Shown here one piece after another: positions 31,706-40,461 of a DNA stretch of 64,000 bases (position 1 is the stretch's first letter; every line of letters starts with the position of its first letter). The notes beneath the pieces are model-generated. The model had not been told where the DNA came from. It saw only the letters and a program-made list of their open reading frames with translations, and made no database searches. The DNA lies in the NCBI GenBank assembly GCA_044345375.1, contig JBIJBF010000003.1:18089-82088 (forward strand). The letters run 5' to 3'. Position numbers and translations under genes: made by a program. Source of the stretch: Alphaproteobacteria bacterium (lineage in GTDB: Bacteria > Pseudomonadota > Alphaproteobacteria > CAISOG01).

Positions 31706-32179
31706 ATGACCAAAGATAGCAAAATTAAAAAAAATCAAACAAAAACGACTGAAGTTAAGCCAAAGCAAAAAACGCCAAAACCATTGCAGGTTGCAAAAGA
31801 AAATACTGTACCACCTGATCCTGATGTTGACCATGGTGGCAGCCAGCTTAGCCAAGAACTGAACGAATTGTTGGTTGCGGTGGCCAAGGGGCAGCCGTTA
31901 TTGGCGGGTGATAAGATGGGCGAGGTGGCGACGGTGTATCCAACCCTGGACCAACGATTAAAGGTGATGACGATGCTGTTAAAACAACAGGAGCAGGAAA
32001 TGGGCGACATGGTAGAAAAGGATGGCGGTGATGGACGAAAAAAAGCCAAAGCCGCGAAAATCCGCGCGGGCTATAGCGCCGATGAACTTCGCGAACTGCT
32101 CAGCCGCCATTTGGCTGAGCTGTCAACCAAAAAGCCGGCGGGCAAAACTGCTGGCCAGCCTGAGCGATCAGGAGGTTGA
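31706..32179 (+). CDS. Lys-rich small protein, possible small terminase or DNA-binding subunit; first gene of the phage-derived cluster
   Basis: 157 aa. K-rich N-terminus (MTKDSKIKKNQTKTTEVKPKQKTPKP) and a central coiled-coil. The 3' 158 nt overlap the terminase ORF out of frame, and an A7 run sits at the junction. Confidence 0.4.
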   Translation: MTKDSKIKKNQTKTTEVKPKQKTPKPLQVAKENTVPPDPDVDHGGSQLSQELNELLVAVAKGQPLLAGDKMGEVATVYPTLDQRLKVMTMLLKQQEQEMGDMVEKDGGDGRKKAKAAKIRAGYSADELRELLSRHLAELSTKKPAGKTAGQPERSGG

Positions 32180-33395
32180 ACGGCTGTATTACAGCTGGGC
32201 CTTTTGGGCGCGCCCTGAACAGCTGCCGCCGGCCGGTTTGTGGCGGGTGTGGCTGATTCTGGCGGGACGGGGCTGGGGCAAAACCCGAACCGGCGCCGAA
32301 TGGGTTAGCTGGCAGGTGCAAACCGGGCAGGCCAGCCGTATCGCCCTGGTCGCCGCAACGCTGCATGAGGCGCGCAGCGTGATGGTTGAGGGGGCCAGCG
32401 GCTTGTTAAGCTGCAGCCCGCCGTGGAACCGCCCGCGCTATGAGCCATCGAAACGGCTGCTGACCTGGCCCAACGGCGCGGTGGCGCAGTGTTTTGGCGC
32501 TGAGGAGCCGGACAGCCTGCGCGGACCGCAGTTTGATGCGGCCTGGTGCGACGAATTGGCCAAATGGCCCCGTCAGGGTGCCTGGGATCAGCTGATGTTC
32601 GGGCTGCGTTTGGGGCAAAACCCGCAGGTGGTGGCAACGACCACGCCCCAGCCCGTACCGCTGATCGAAAGCCTGGCAAAAAAGGCTGAGGTGGTGGTGA
32701 CAAGGGGCAGAACGCTGGACAACCGTGCCAATCTGGCGGCGGGATTTTTGAGCGAATTGGAGCAAACCTATGCCGGCACTTGGCTGGCTGCGCAGGAGTT
32801 GGAGGGCGAGCTGCTTAGCGATGCGCCAGACACCCTGTGGCCCGCTAAGATTTTGGCGGAGTCGGTGATCGAGCCGGCGTCTGCGCCGCCGATGGTGAAA
32901 ACGCTGCTGGCGATCGACCCTGCCGTAACCAGCCATAGCAGCAGCGACGAAACCGGGCTGGTGGTGGTGGGATTGGGGGAGGATGGGGTGTTTTATGTGC
33001 TGCAAGATGCCAGCGACCGGCTGCGGCCAGAGGTGCTGGTGGAACGGGTGGCGGCGCTGGTTGCCCTGCACAGCATTGGTCAGGTGGTGGTTGAGGTCAA
33101 TCAGGGCGGCGACTGGCTGCTGGAGGCCTTGAATAGTGCAACCTTGGATGCCGTGGTCCAGCCGGTGCGCGCGGTTCAGGACAAATGGACGCGGGCGGAA
33201 CCGGTGGCCATGCTGTATGCGCAGGGTCGGGTGAAGCATGTGGGCCGTCTGCCAACGCTGGAGGCGCAGCTGCGGGCCTGTCGTCGTGGGACTAGGAGCG
33301 GAGGAATGGATCGGGTGGATGCGCTGGTTTGGGCGATTCGCAGTTTGAAACAGGCCAGCGTTAAGCAGCGCGGGTTTGCGGTTCGGGTGGTTTAG
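32022..33395 (+). CDS. Phage terminase large subunit (GTA g2-like TerL)
   Basis: LLASLSDQEVERLYYSWAFWARPEQLPP...WRVWLILAGRGWGKTRTGAEW is the N-terminal signature shared by alphaproteobacterial GTA-type large terminases. An ATPase Walker region and a C-terminal nuclease-like DxD pattern are present. The exact start is uncertain (32022 or 32082). Confidence 0.8.
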   Translation: MAVMDEKKPKPRKSARAIAPMNFANCSAAIWLSCQPKSRRAKLLASLSDQEVERLYYSWAFWARPEQLPPAGLWRVWLILAGRGWGKTRTGAEWVSWQVQTGQASRIALVAATLHEARSVMVEGASGLLSCSPPWNRPRYEPSKRLLTWPNGAVAQCFGAEEPDSLRGPQFDAAWCDELAKWPRQGAWDQLMFGLRLGQNPQVVATTTPQPVPLIESLAKKAEVVVTRGRTLDNRANLAAGFLSELEQTYAGTWLAAQELEGELLSDAPDTLWPAKILAESVIEPASAPPMVKTLLAIDPAVTSHSSSDETGLVVVGLGEDGVFYVLQDASDRLRPEVLVERVAALVALHSIGQVVVEVNQGGDWLLEALNSATLDAVVQPVRAVQDKWTRAEPVAMLYAQGRVKHVGRLPTLEAQLRACRRGTRSGGMDRVDALVWAIRSLKQASVKQRGFAVRVV

Positions 33396-33703
33396 TTGGT
33401 GGATTCATCCAACTCTTGCAACAGCTTGTCTGCATCCTGCCTGCCAAGGATGGTCATGATTTCTGCGGTATCGTCAATCATGCGATAATAGATGCTATGA
33501 GATCCGCAAATTCTGCGCCGATATCCTTGGCGGATATAATCCACAGATGGATAAGAAAGAGGGTGTTTTGCAATTTTTTCAAAAGCATCAAACATTTTTT
33601 GAAGATAATAATCAGCTTTTTGTAATCCGTACTGCACAAAACCCCATTGATAAATTGTTACAAGATCTTCTTCGGCCTGTTTTTTAAGTTTATACGTTCC
33701 CAT
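33392..33703 (-). CDS. parE: Type II toxin ParE/RelE family
   Basis: 103 aa with RelE/ParE-fold features (YRRRICGSHSIYYRMIDD..IMTILGRQD). Low GC. Overlaps the upstream antitoxin gene. Confidence 0.75.
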   Translation of the reverse strand: MGTYKLKKQAEEDLVTIYQWGFVQYGLQKADYYLQKMFDAFEKIAKHPLSYPSVDYIRQGYRRRICGSHSIYYRMIDDTAEIMTILGRQDADKLLQELDESTN

Positions 33704-33944
33704 GAAAACCTAATTTCTTCAACGCCTCGGCCTTAATGTCTTCGGCTGTCATGGTACTAAATTCTCTGTTTTCCGCACTGATCAGTTTTGAACGAATATA
33801 ATCGATCTCGGTCGTTTCCTTTAACCTTGCGTGACGAATCAGAGCGTTAACGACTTCACTTTTGTTGAAATATTCTTGTTTTTCAACCTGCTGTTTAAGC
33901 CAATCATCATTGGGGGTGGTGAGAGAAATGCTTTGTCTTGTCAT
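33690..33944 (-). CDS. parD: Type II antitoxin ParD (RHH/CopG fold)
   Basis: The 84-aa protein starting MTRQSISLTTPNDDWLKQQVEKQEYFNKSEVVNALIRHARLKE is a typical ParD ribbon-helix-helix. AGGAG ribosome-binding site 9 nt upstream. Overlaps the parE start by 14 nt. Confidence 0.75.
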   Translation of the reverse strand: MTRQSISLTTPNDDWLKQQVEKQEYFNKSEVVNALIRHARLKETTEIDYIRSKLISAENREFSTMTAEDIKAEALKKLGFHGNV

Positions 33945-34036
33945 GATCCTGCTCCTGTAAACAACGATATCTGGTTCTATTATGCACCATATACGCACCA
34001 CACACAATATTTATCAACCTTATCAAGGAAAATTCC

Positions 34037-35236
34037 ATGAAAGACTGGATTCAACGACGTTTTTTAAGCCGTTCTGCGGATGCTGTGCCAGCGGCCAAGG
34101 CTAGCAGGGCGGGGCATTTGATGGTTTATGGCCAGCTGAATCAGCCGCGCTGGACACCGCGGCGCTACGACATGCTGGCTGAGGAGGGGTATCGGCGCAA
34201 CGTGGTGGCCTTTCGCTGCATTAAGGAGATTGCGCAGGGGGCGGCGGGGGTTCCCTGGATTTTGTATCAGGGCGATCAGGAGCTGGTTGAGCACCCGTTG
34301 CTGCGGCTGCTGACCAACCCCAACCCCACGCAGGGGCAGGCCAGTTGGGCTGAGATGCTGTACAGCAACCTGCTGATTGCCGGCAATGCCTATATCGAGG
34401 CGGTGGGGGATGGTGACCAGCTGCCGCGCGAGCTTTGGGTGCTGCGCCCCGATCGGATGACGGTGGTGGCGGGGATGTACGGCGTGCCAAAGGCTTATGA
34501 ATACCAGATCAACGGCCAAGTCTACCGCTGGTCGGCGGATGTGGCCAATGGCGCATCCCCCATCCTGCATCTGAAAAGCTTTCATCCGTTGGATGATTGG
34601 TACGGCCTGAGCCCGATGGAGGCGGCGGCCTATGCGATTGATCAGCACAACGAGGCATCCAAATGGAACCAATCGCTGTTGCAAAACGGCGCACGCCCCA
34701 GCGGCGCGCTGGTGGTTCAGATGAGCAAGGATGGGGATGCCAGCCTGAGCAGCGAACAGTTTGATCGGCTGAAAGCGCAGCTGGATGAGCAGTACAGCGG
34801 CCCTGTCAACGCGGGCAGACCGATGCTGTTGGAGGGCGGGTTGCAGTGGGTGGACATGATGATGAACCCCAGGGATTTGGATTACCTGAACGCCCGCTAT
34901 GCCGCTGCGCGTGAGATCGCCCTGGCCTTTGGCTATCCCCCCATGCTGTTGGGGATTCCGGGCGACAACACCTATAACAACCAGCGCGAGGCAAGGGTGG
35001 CGTTGTGGGAGCAAACCATCCTGCCGTTGGTGCACCAGCTGCGCGACGGGCTGAACAACTGGCTGCTGCGGCAGGCTTACGGGGTGGGGGAGGCGCCGTT
35101 GCGGATTGATTACGATCCAGATGCCATCAGCGCCCTGTCGCTGCGCCGTGAACAGCTGTGGGACAAACTGAACAAGGCGGAGTTTCTTAGCACCGATGAG
35201 AAGCGTCAGGCTGCTGGGTATGGGGTGATGGGCTAG
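34037..35236 (+). CDS. Phage portal protein, HK97 family
   Basis: 399 aa with portal-family motif spacing (WILYQGDQELVEHPLLRLL..., LHLKSFHPLDDWYGLSPMEAA..., PMLLGIPGDNTYNN) and the expected position after the terminase. Confidence 0.8.
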   Translation: MKDWIQRRFLSRSADAVPAAKASRAGHLMVYGQLNQPRWTPRRYDMLAEEGYRRNVVAFRCIKEIAQGAAGVPWILYQGDQELVEHPLLRLLTNPNPTQGQASWAEMLYSNLLIAGNAYIEAVGDGDQLPRELWVLRPDRMTVVAGMYGVPKAYEYQINGQVYRWSADVANGASPILHLKSFHPLDDWYGLSPMEAAAYAIDQHNEASKWNQSLLQNGARPSGALVVQMSKDGDASLSSEQFDRLKAQLDEQYSGPVNAGRPMLLEGGLQWVDMMMNPRDLDYLNARYAAAREIALAFGYPPMLLGIPGDNTYNNQREARVALWEQTILPLVHQLRDGLNNWLLRQAYGVGEAPLRIDYDPDAISALSLRREQLWDKLNKAEFLSTDEKRQAAGYGVMG

Positions 35237-35317
35237 CTGGGCTTGGAGTTGTTTGGGTTTTTTGGGGCTTGGTGGAGACAATCTGCCAAGTCTTTTTTTG
35301 TTTCTTAAGGGGATGTT

Positions 35318-35953
35318 GTGATGAGACAAGGATTGGTTTTGCTAACCGCGCCAGCGGTTGAGCCGGCCACGTTGGTTGAGGCGAAAAGCTATTTGGGTGT
35401 GCTGGATCCGGCCGAAGATGCGCTGATCGGCAATTTGATTACCGCTGCCAGACAGGCGGTGGAGAGCTATACGGGGCGGGTGTTGATCACCCAAAGTTGG
35501 CGTCTGACGCTGGACAACTGGCCAGAACCTAAGGTTGGGGTGGGATCGGACTGGTTAAGCCTGCAACAGGATTGGCCAGCGCAGTTTTCTGGGAACGGTG
35601 GACTGGTGGTGGTTGAGTTGCCCAAGGCGCCGCTGCAAAGCGTTAGCGGGGTTCGGGTGTACGACAGCAGCGGGGTGGCCAGCACGGTTGCGCCGTCCGC
35701 CTATGTCGTGGACACCACCACCACGCCAAGCCGGTTGGTGTTTGGCAGCAATATCAGCCTGCCCGCGGTGGGGCAGGTGGCACGCGGCATTGAGATCGAT
35801 TTTGTTGCCGGTTATGGCGCCTCAGCCACCAGCCTGCCAGCCATGCTGCGTCAGGCGGTGTTGGCGGGGGTTAAGGTTTTGTACGAGCGGTCGGGTGGCG
35901 CCATGTCGAGCGCGTTGCGGTTGGCCGAGCTGTTCAAGCTGAAAAGGATATAG
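35318..35953 (+). CDS. gp6-like head-tail connector protein
   Basis: The N-terminal pattern LVEAKSYLGVLDPAEDALIGNLITAARQAVESYTGRVLITQSWRLTLD is diagnostic of the phage gp6-like connector (Phage_connect_1) family. Confidence 0.75.
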   Translation: MMRQGLVLLTAPAVEPATLVEAKSYLGVLDPAEDALIGNLITAARQAVESYTGRVLITQSWRLTLDNWPEPKVGVGSDWLSLQQDWPAQFSGNGGLVVVELPKAPLQSVSGVRVYDSSGVASTVAPSAYVVDTTTTPSRLVFGSNISLPAVGQVARGIEIDFVAGYGASATSLPAMLRQAVLAGVKVLYERSGGAMSSALRLAELFKLKRI

Positions 35954-35956
35954 AGG

Positions 35957-36475
35957 ATGAGCGACACGGTTTTAACCCTTAGCCTTGCGGGCTTTCCCCC
36001 CCTTGGTTTGCCGCGGGTGGAGCAGGAGCTGCGCCCGATTGCCCAACATGCAACCCGCCGCACGGTGAATGGGGCGTTGCAGGACAGCGGTTGGAGCGGC
36101 TGGCAGAAATTTGAGACGGTCATTACCTGCGAGTTGCCCCTGCCGCCTGCTTTGGGCGGGATTTGGCCGGGGATGGCGGTCACGGTTGGTTGCGTGTTGC
36201 CGCTTTGTGAGCAATTAAGCGGCGCAACCAGCAAAACCTTGGCGAAAACGCCGGTGGCGGGCAGCGTTTATGCGGTGGATGGGCTTGGCAACCCGATTGC
36301 GGTGGTCAGCCTTAGCGGCAAGCTGCTGACGCTGGCCAGTTTTAGCGGCACCGCCAGCATCACCTATCGCCCCAGCCTTAGCATGCGGGTGGTGGATTTG
36401 CGTCTGACCACCAAGGAGGCGCCGCGTGGCAGCCGTAATGCCGGCGGTTGGCGGCTGGAATTAAGCGAGATTTAG
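35957..36475 (+). CDS. Hypothetical phage structural protein
   Basis: 172-aa intact ORF tightly packed between the connector and the next structural gene. Host-like GC. No recognisable motif. Confidence 0.4.
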   Translation: MSDTVLTLSLAGFPPLGLPRVEQELRPIAQHATRRTVNGALQDSGWSGWQKFETVITCELPLPPALGGIWPGMAVTVGCVLPLCEQLSGATSKTLAKTPVAGSVYAVDGLGNPIAVVSLSGKLLTLASFSGTASITYRPSLSMRVVDLRLTTKEAPRGSRNAGGWRLELSEI

Positions 36476-36486
36476 GGGGTCAAAAC

Positions 36487-38409
36487 ATGTTGTATTTTGC
36501 TTGGGTGGATGCCAACGAGGCTTGGAATGCCAGCCTGCATGCTCTTGAGGATGAGGCGTTGTTGCAGGTGGATCTGCAGCAGCTGGAGGGCAAGCCGGCG
36601 CAATTGCAGATTTTGGTGCGGAACCCAGGTCAGGGCTTGCTGAACCCCGCGCGCAAGACCCGCGCCTTTCTGAGCCATCAGGGGGCTGGGCAAAGCGTGC
36701 CGGTGTTGATGTTTGCGGGTCGGGTGATTGCGGTGGCGCAGGTGGACGGCAGCGAGCTGGTCCGCATCACCCTGACCGCCCTGCCTAATGACGCGGCGGC
36801 GTTGCTGCAGAGCTTTAGCGCTGGGTTAAAGGTGGCGCCCTATTGGGATGATTTGTTTGTCAGCCCCAGCCGTCGTGATGATCCGGATGAGGTGTTAAAG
36901 GCGAGAGATGCGGTGTATTGTTGGGACAAGCTGACCAACACGGTGTCGTTAAGCGGCCTGTTTGTCGGCAATCAAAGCCTGAATCTTGGCCAAAATTTTT
37001 TCTACGACAGTTTGCAGCAGGAATTGGCTGAAACGCCGCTTAGCGCGGTTGAGATGACGGTGGTGGCCGAATGGGCGCAGCAGGCGCGCGGTATAACCGA
37101 CGTAACCCGCCGGATTGAGCGGGCCTTTGGCGGGCAAAAAATCAACAGCCTGACCGGCCGGGATTTGGCGGCGCGGTGGCCATCGGCGGCCAAGCTGATT
37201 AATCGGCAATCGGGCTATCAGGTGGATCAGGCGCAGTTGCAGGAATATGTGCCGCCAGCTGGTGCCGCCAGTGTGTATCCCACCGCCAGCGTGTCGGTGG
37301 AGATGGGGGTTGAGGAGTACCCCTATCCAGCTGGTGTCACCAAGCCTGCGGGCAATAGCCGGCCGTTGTTTGTGAAGCGTTGGTGGTTTAACGCCAAGCT
37401 GGTGCTGAGCTGGCATTATCGGCAAAAACGGCGGGAGGAGCTGCTATTCCGGCTGAACCATGCGGTGCAGGCGGTGGCGCCAAGCGGTGGAGCGGTGCAA
37501 AAAATTGCGGTGACCATGCAGGAACTGCTGCTGGATACCGCGACGCCGACTTGGGGGGCTGGATACAGTTATCAGCTGGGGGATCAGGTGCGGTTTGGCG
37601 CCTTTGTCTACCAATGTTTGTTGGTGCATAGCGCATCCAACAGTTTTGCCAGCGATCTGGCGGCGCTGAAATGGAAGCAATTGGCCGCAGATGCCAGCGC
37701 GCTGGGCGCAGGGTGGCGCAGCAGCTTTTTTGTGACCAGCCGTGGCCAGCAGGCGGTACAGCACGCGATTGAACGGGCGCGGGCAGCGCTGGCCAGATCC
37801 CTGCGCGCCGTGCAGATTACCGTGCAGGCGCGTTGGGAGGATTTGCAGGGCGTGGGTTTGGATCACAGCCTGACGATCAGCGACCAACGCCTGCCGGGCG
37901 GCACGGCGACGGGCAAGGTGGTTGGTCTGCGTTTTTATGCGGATGGCGACAAGGGGCAGGCGTGGGCTGAGGTAACGATGGCTTGTGCGGTGGGGACTGG
38001 GGCGGCGCAACCAACGCCGGCGGCGGGCAGTGGCAGCTATACCGCTGATGGCTATGACAGCCTTGGCTGGCAGCCGCGTCAAAATGGCCAGTTGGCCAGT
38101 GTTAGCGGTATTGTCTACAACGATGATGTTGCGGGACAGCTTAGCCCGCAGGGATTGCTGTATCCCACCCAGCTGGATGCCCTGGATCTGGTGCGCAAAG
38201 TAACGGTGGTGAATGATGCGGAGCAGCAGAACGCCTATCTGTTGGCCAATCAGTATCCGCAGCGGCGCAACCTGCAGGCGGTGGTCAATGAGAAAAAGAC
38301 CAGCATCAAGCTGGAACTGCTGGACCTGACCGCCGATGACCAACTGCGCCAGCAGATCACCCTGACCATTCCCAATGCTTGGAGTGGTCCTAAGCAAATT
38401 GAGTTGTAA
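36487..38409 (+). CDS. Large phage structural protein, possible tail or receptor-binding protein with a carbohydrate-binding-like module
   Basis: 641 aa from the ATG at 36487 (AGGGGG ribosome-binding site). Contains YQLGDQVRFGAFVYQCLLVHSASNSFASDLAALKWKQL, which resembles the CBM5/12-like Y..N....P...W.. motif seen in phage tail proteins. Confidence 0.4.
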   Translation: MLYFAWVDANEAWNASLHALEDEALLQVDLQQLEGKPAQLQILVRNPGQGLLNPARKTRAFLSHQGAGQSVPVLMFAGRVIAVAQVDGSELVRITLTALPNDAAALLQSFSAGLKVAPYWDDLFVSPSRRDDPDEVLKARDAVYCWDKLTNTVSLSGLFVGNQSLNLGQNFFYDSLQQELAETPLSAVEMTVVAEWAQQARGITDVTRRIERAFGGQKINSLTGRDLAARWPSAAKLINRQSGYQVDQAQLQEYVPPAGAASVYPTASVSVEMGVEEYPYPAGVTKPAGNSRPLFVKRWWFNAKLVLSWHYRQKRREELLFRLNHAVQAVAPSGGAVQKIAVTMQELLLDTATPTWGAGYSYQLGDQVRFGAFVYQCLLVHSASNSFASDLAALKWKQLAADASALGAGWRSSFFVTSRGQQAVQHAIERARAALARSLRAVQITVQARWEDLQGVGLDHSLTISDQRLPGGTATGKVVGLRFYADGDKGQAWAEVTMACAVGTGAAQPTPAAGSGSYTADGYDSLGWQPRQNGQLASVSGIVYNDDVAGQLSPQGLLYPTQLDALDLVRKVTVVNDAEQQNAYLLANQYPQRRNLQAVVNEKKTSIKLELLDLTADDQLRQQITLTIPNAWSGPKQIEL

Positions 38410-38432
38410 CCATCATCCAGAAAAGAAAGCGT

Positions 38433-39131
38433 GTGAGCATGTCAGAGCTGTTGTATATACAGGTTCCCCTGCAAGGGAAAACCCTGTCAGAAATTGGAAT
38501 TTTTGAGGGCTACGCCAGTGTGTTTGGCGTGATTGATCGCCAACAAGATCAGGTGATGCCGGGGGCTTTTCGCAAAAGCCTGCTGAACGCTGAGGCCAAT
38601 CGGGCGATGCCAAAATTGTTGTGGCAGCATGATCCCGCGCAGCCGATTGGGGTTTGGCAGATGCTGAAGGAGGACAGCACCGGTTTGTATGTGCGCGGGC
38701 AGCTGCTGTTGGATTTGCCGCGCGCGCAGGAGGCCTATGTGCTGCTAAAGGCTGGCGCGATGGACGGGCTTAGCATCGGTTATGAGGTGGTGCAGGCCAG
38801 CAAGGATCGCCGCAGCGGTATCCGCCAGCTGTTGGAGGTGAAGTTGTGGGAAATATCGCTGGTCACCTTTGCCGCCAACACTTCCGCAAGGGTTACCGTG
38901 GTGAAGCACGGGCAGGGGGATGGGTTGCCCGAAGCGCAATCGCCCCGTTTGTTTGAAAAATTTCTGCGTGATGCAGGATTCAGCCGCCGCCAAGCGGTCG
39001 CGCTGACCAATCACGGCTGGCCAGGCCTGAAAAGCTTAGCCAGCCAGCCGCGGGATGCGGCGCTACAGGACACAGAATACCGCCAGCTGGTCGCCAAATT
39101 GCGGCAGACGGTTAGCATTCTGCAATCCTAA
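38433..39131 (+). CDS. HK97-family prohead protease
   Basis: The N-terminal LSEIGIFEGYASVFGVIDRQQDQVMPGAFRKSL and the later MDGLSIGY pattern are typical of the HK97 prohead protease (S78). Confidence 0.8.
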   Translation: MSMSELLYIQVPLQGKTLSEIGIFEGYASVFGVIDRQQDQVMPGAFRKSLLNAEANRAMPKLLWQHDPAQPIGVWQMLKEDSTGLYVRGQLLLDLPRAQEAYVLLKAGAMDGLSIGYEVVQASKDRRSGIRQLLEVKLWEISLVTFAANTSARVTVVKHGQGDGLPEAQSPRLFEKFLRDAGFSRRQAVALTNHGWPGLKSLASQPRDAALQDTEYRQLVAKLRQTVSILQS

Positions 39132-39163
39132 CACTTTTATCAAAACAACAAAGGAATGATGAG

Positions 39164-40387
39164 ATGACGACAGTGTACAACAACGATGCCCCCACCGACG
39201 TGTTGCAGGTGGTGGATCAAATGAACCAAGTGTTTGCCGAGTTTAAAGCGCAGAACAACCAGCTGATTGCGCAGGTTGAGCGCAAAAATGCCGCCGATGC
39301 GGTAACCGTGGACACCGTAAACCGCCTGAACCAACTGCTGCAAAAACAACAGGACAGAATTGACAGCCTGAGCATCAGCGCCAAACGCAGCCCGCTGAGC
39401 CTAAACCAAGGTGGCTATGTTGGCTTGGCCGAGCAGGAGCATAAGGAGGCCTTTATGAGCTATCTGCGCAAGGGGGATGAGCTGGGGCTGCAAGGCTTTG
39501 AACGCAAGGCGTTGAGCAGCACCACCGATGCCGATGGTGGCTTTAGTTTGCCCAAGATTTTGGCCGATTTTATGATTCAGACCATTTTTGATACCAGCCC
39601 GATCCGGCAGATTGCCAATGTGGTGACGGTTGGCAATGATGCCTTTGAGGTGTTGGCGGATGCGACCGAGGCCGCGGCGGCCTGGGTGACGGAGGCGCAG
39701 GCACGGGCTGAAACCGCAACGCCCACCTTTAACAAAATCCGCATTCCGGTTCAGGAATTGGCGGCATCCCCTAGGGCATCGCAGCGTTTGTTGGACGACA
39801 GCAGTTTTGACATGGAGGCCTTTTTGGCGGCGGAGGTGGCCGGCAAATTTGCCAGACTGGAAAACACGGCCTTTGTTTCGGGGACGGGCACTGGCCAACC
39901 ACGCGGTTTCTTAACCTATGCCGCTGGTACCGCCTGGGGGCAGATTGAGCAGGTCAAAACCGGTGTGGCGGGCGCATGGCCGGCCAGCAACCCCGCCGAT
40001 ATCTTGCTGGATTTGATGACCAAGCTGAAAAGCAGCTATCTGAACGGCGCGGCATGGGTGTTGAACCGCAACACGCTGGCCGATATTCGCAAGTTTAAGG
40101 ATACCACCGGGCAGTATATTTGGCAGCCAGGTTTGGGAACCGCATCCAGCACCCTGTTGGGCTACCCCGTTTATCTGGCTGAGGATATGCCAAGCAAGGC
40201 CGCCAGCAGCCTTTCGGTTGGGTTTGGCAATTTTAAACAGGGCTACACCATTGTGGACCGCGTGGGGATCCGCCTGCTGCGCGACCCCTATACCGCCAAG
40301 CCGTTTGTGGTGTTTTACTTTACCAAACGCACCGGCGGCGATGTGGTGAATTTTGAGGCAATCAAACTGCTGCAATTCGCGGTGTAG
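39164..40387 (+). CDS. HK97-fold major capsid protein with an N-terminal scaffolding (delta) domain
   Basis: 407 aa. Coiled-coil N-terminus, then GFSLPKILADF, DEAFLAAEVAGKFARLENTAFVSGTG and a WQPGLGT region characteristic of HK97-family major capsid proteins. Follows the protease. Confidence 0.8.
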   Translation: MTTVYNNDAPTDVLQVVDQMNQVFAEFKAQNNQLIAQVERKNAADAVTVDTVNRLNQLLQKQQDRIDSLSISAKRSPLSLNQGGYVGLAEQEHKEAFMSYLRKGDELGLQGFERKALSSTTDADGGFSLPKILADFMIQTIFDTSPIRQIANVVTVGNDAFEVLADATEAAAAWVTEAQARAETATPTFNKIRIPVQELAASPRASQRLLDDSSFDMEAFLAAEVAGKFARLENTAFVSGTGTGQPRGFLTYAAGTAWGQIEQVKTGVAGAWPASNPADILLDLMTKLKSSYLNGAAWVLNRNTLADIRKFKDTTGQYIWQPGLGTASSTLLGYPVYLAEDMPSKAASSLSVGFGNFKQGYTIVDRVGIRLLRDPYTAKPFVVFYFTKRTGGDVVNFEAIKLLQFAV

Positions 40388-40402
40388 TTGTTAAGTGCAT
40401 AG

Positions 40403-40446
40403 GGGGGGGCTGAGCAGCGTTTTGCTTGGCCCCCTTTTTGTTTTTT
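40403..40446 (+). terminator. Hairpin plus T-tract immediately downstream of the capsid gene
   Basis: GGGGGC-(16-nt loop)-GCCCCC followed by tttttgtttttt. It sits between the capsid stop (40387) and the next gene start (40462). Confidence 0.6.
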
Positions 40447-40461
40447 GGAGGGAGCAAGGCG

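Noticed and set aside
31706-33395. Single fused TerS-TerL gene interrupted by a frameshift (pseudogene call)
   Set aside because: Both reading frames are long and intact, and overlapping small and large terminase genes are common. Without an alignment a pseudogene call is not justified, so this is kept as a low-interest finding instead.
34064-35329. 421-aa minus-strand ORF antisense to the portal gene
   Set aside because: The product is Arg/Gln/His/Pro-rich nonsense lacking any motif. The plus-strand portal frame carries family motifs.
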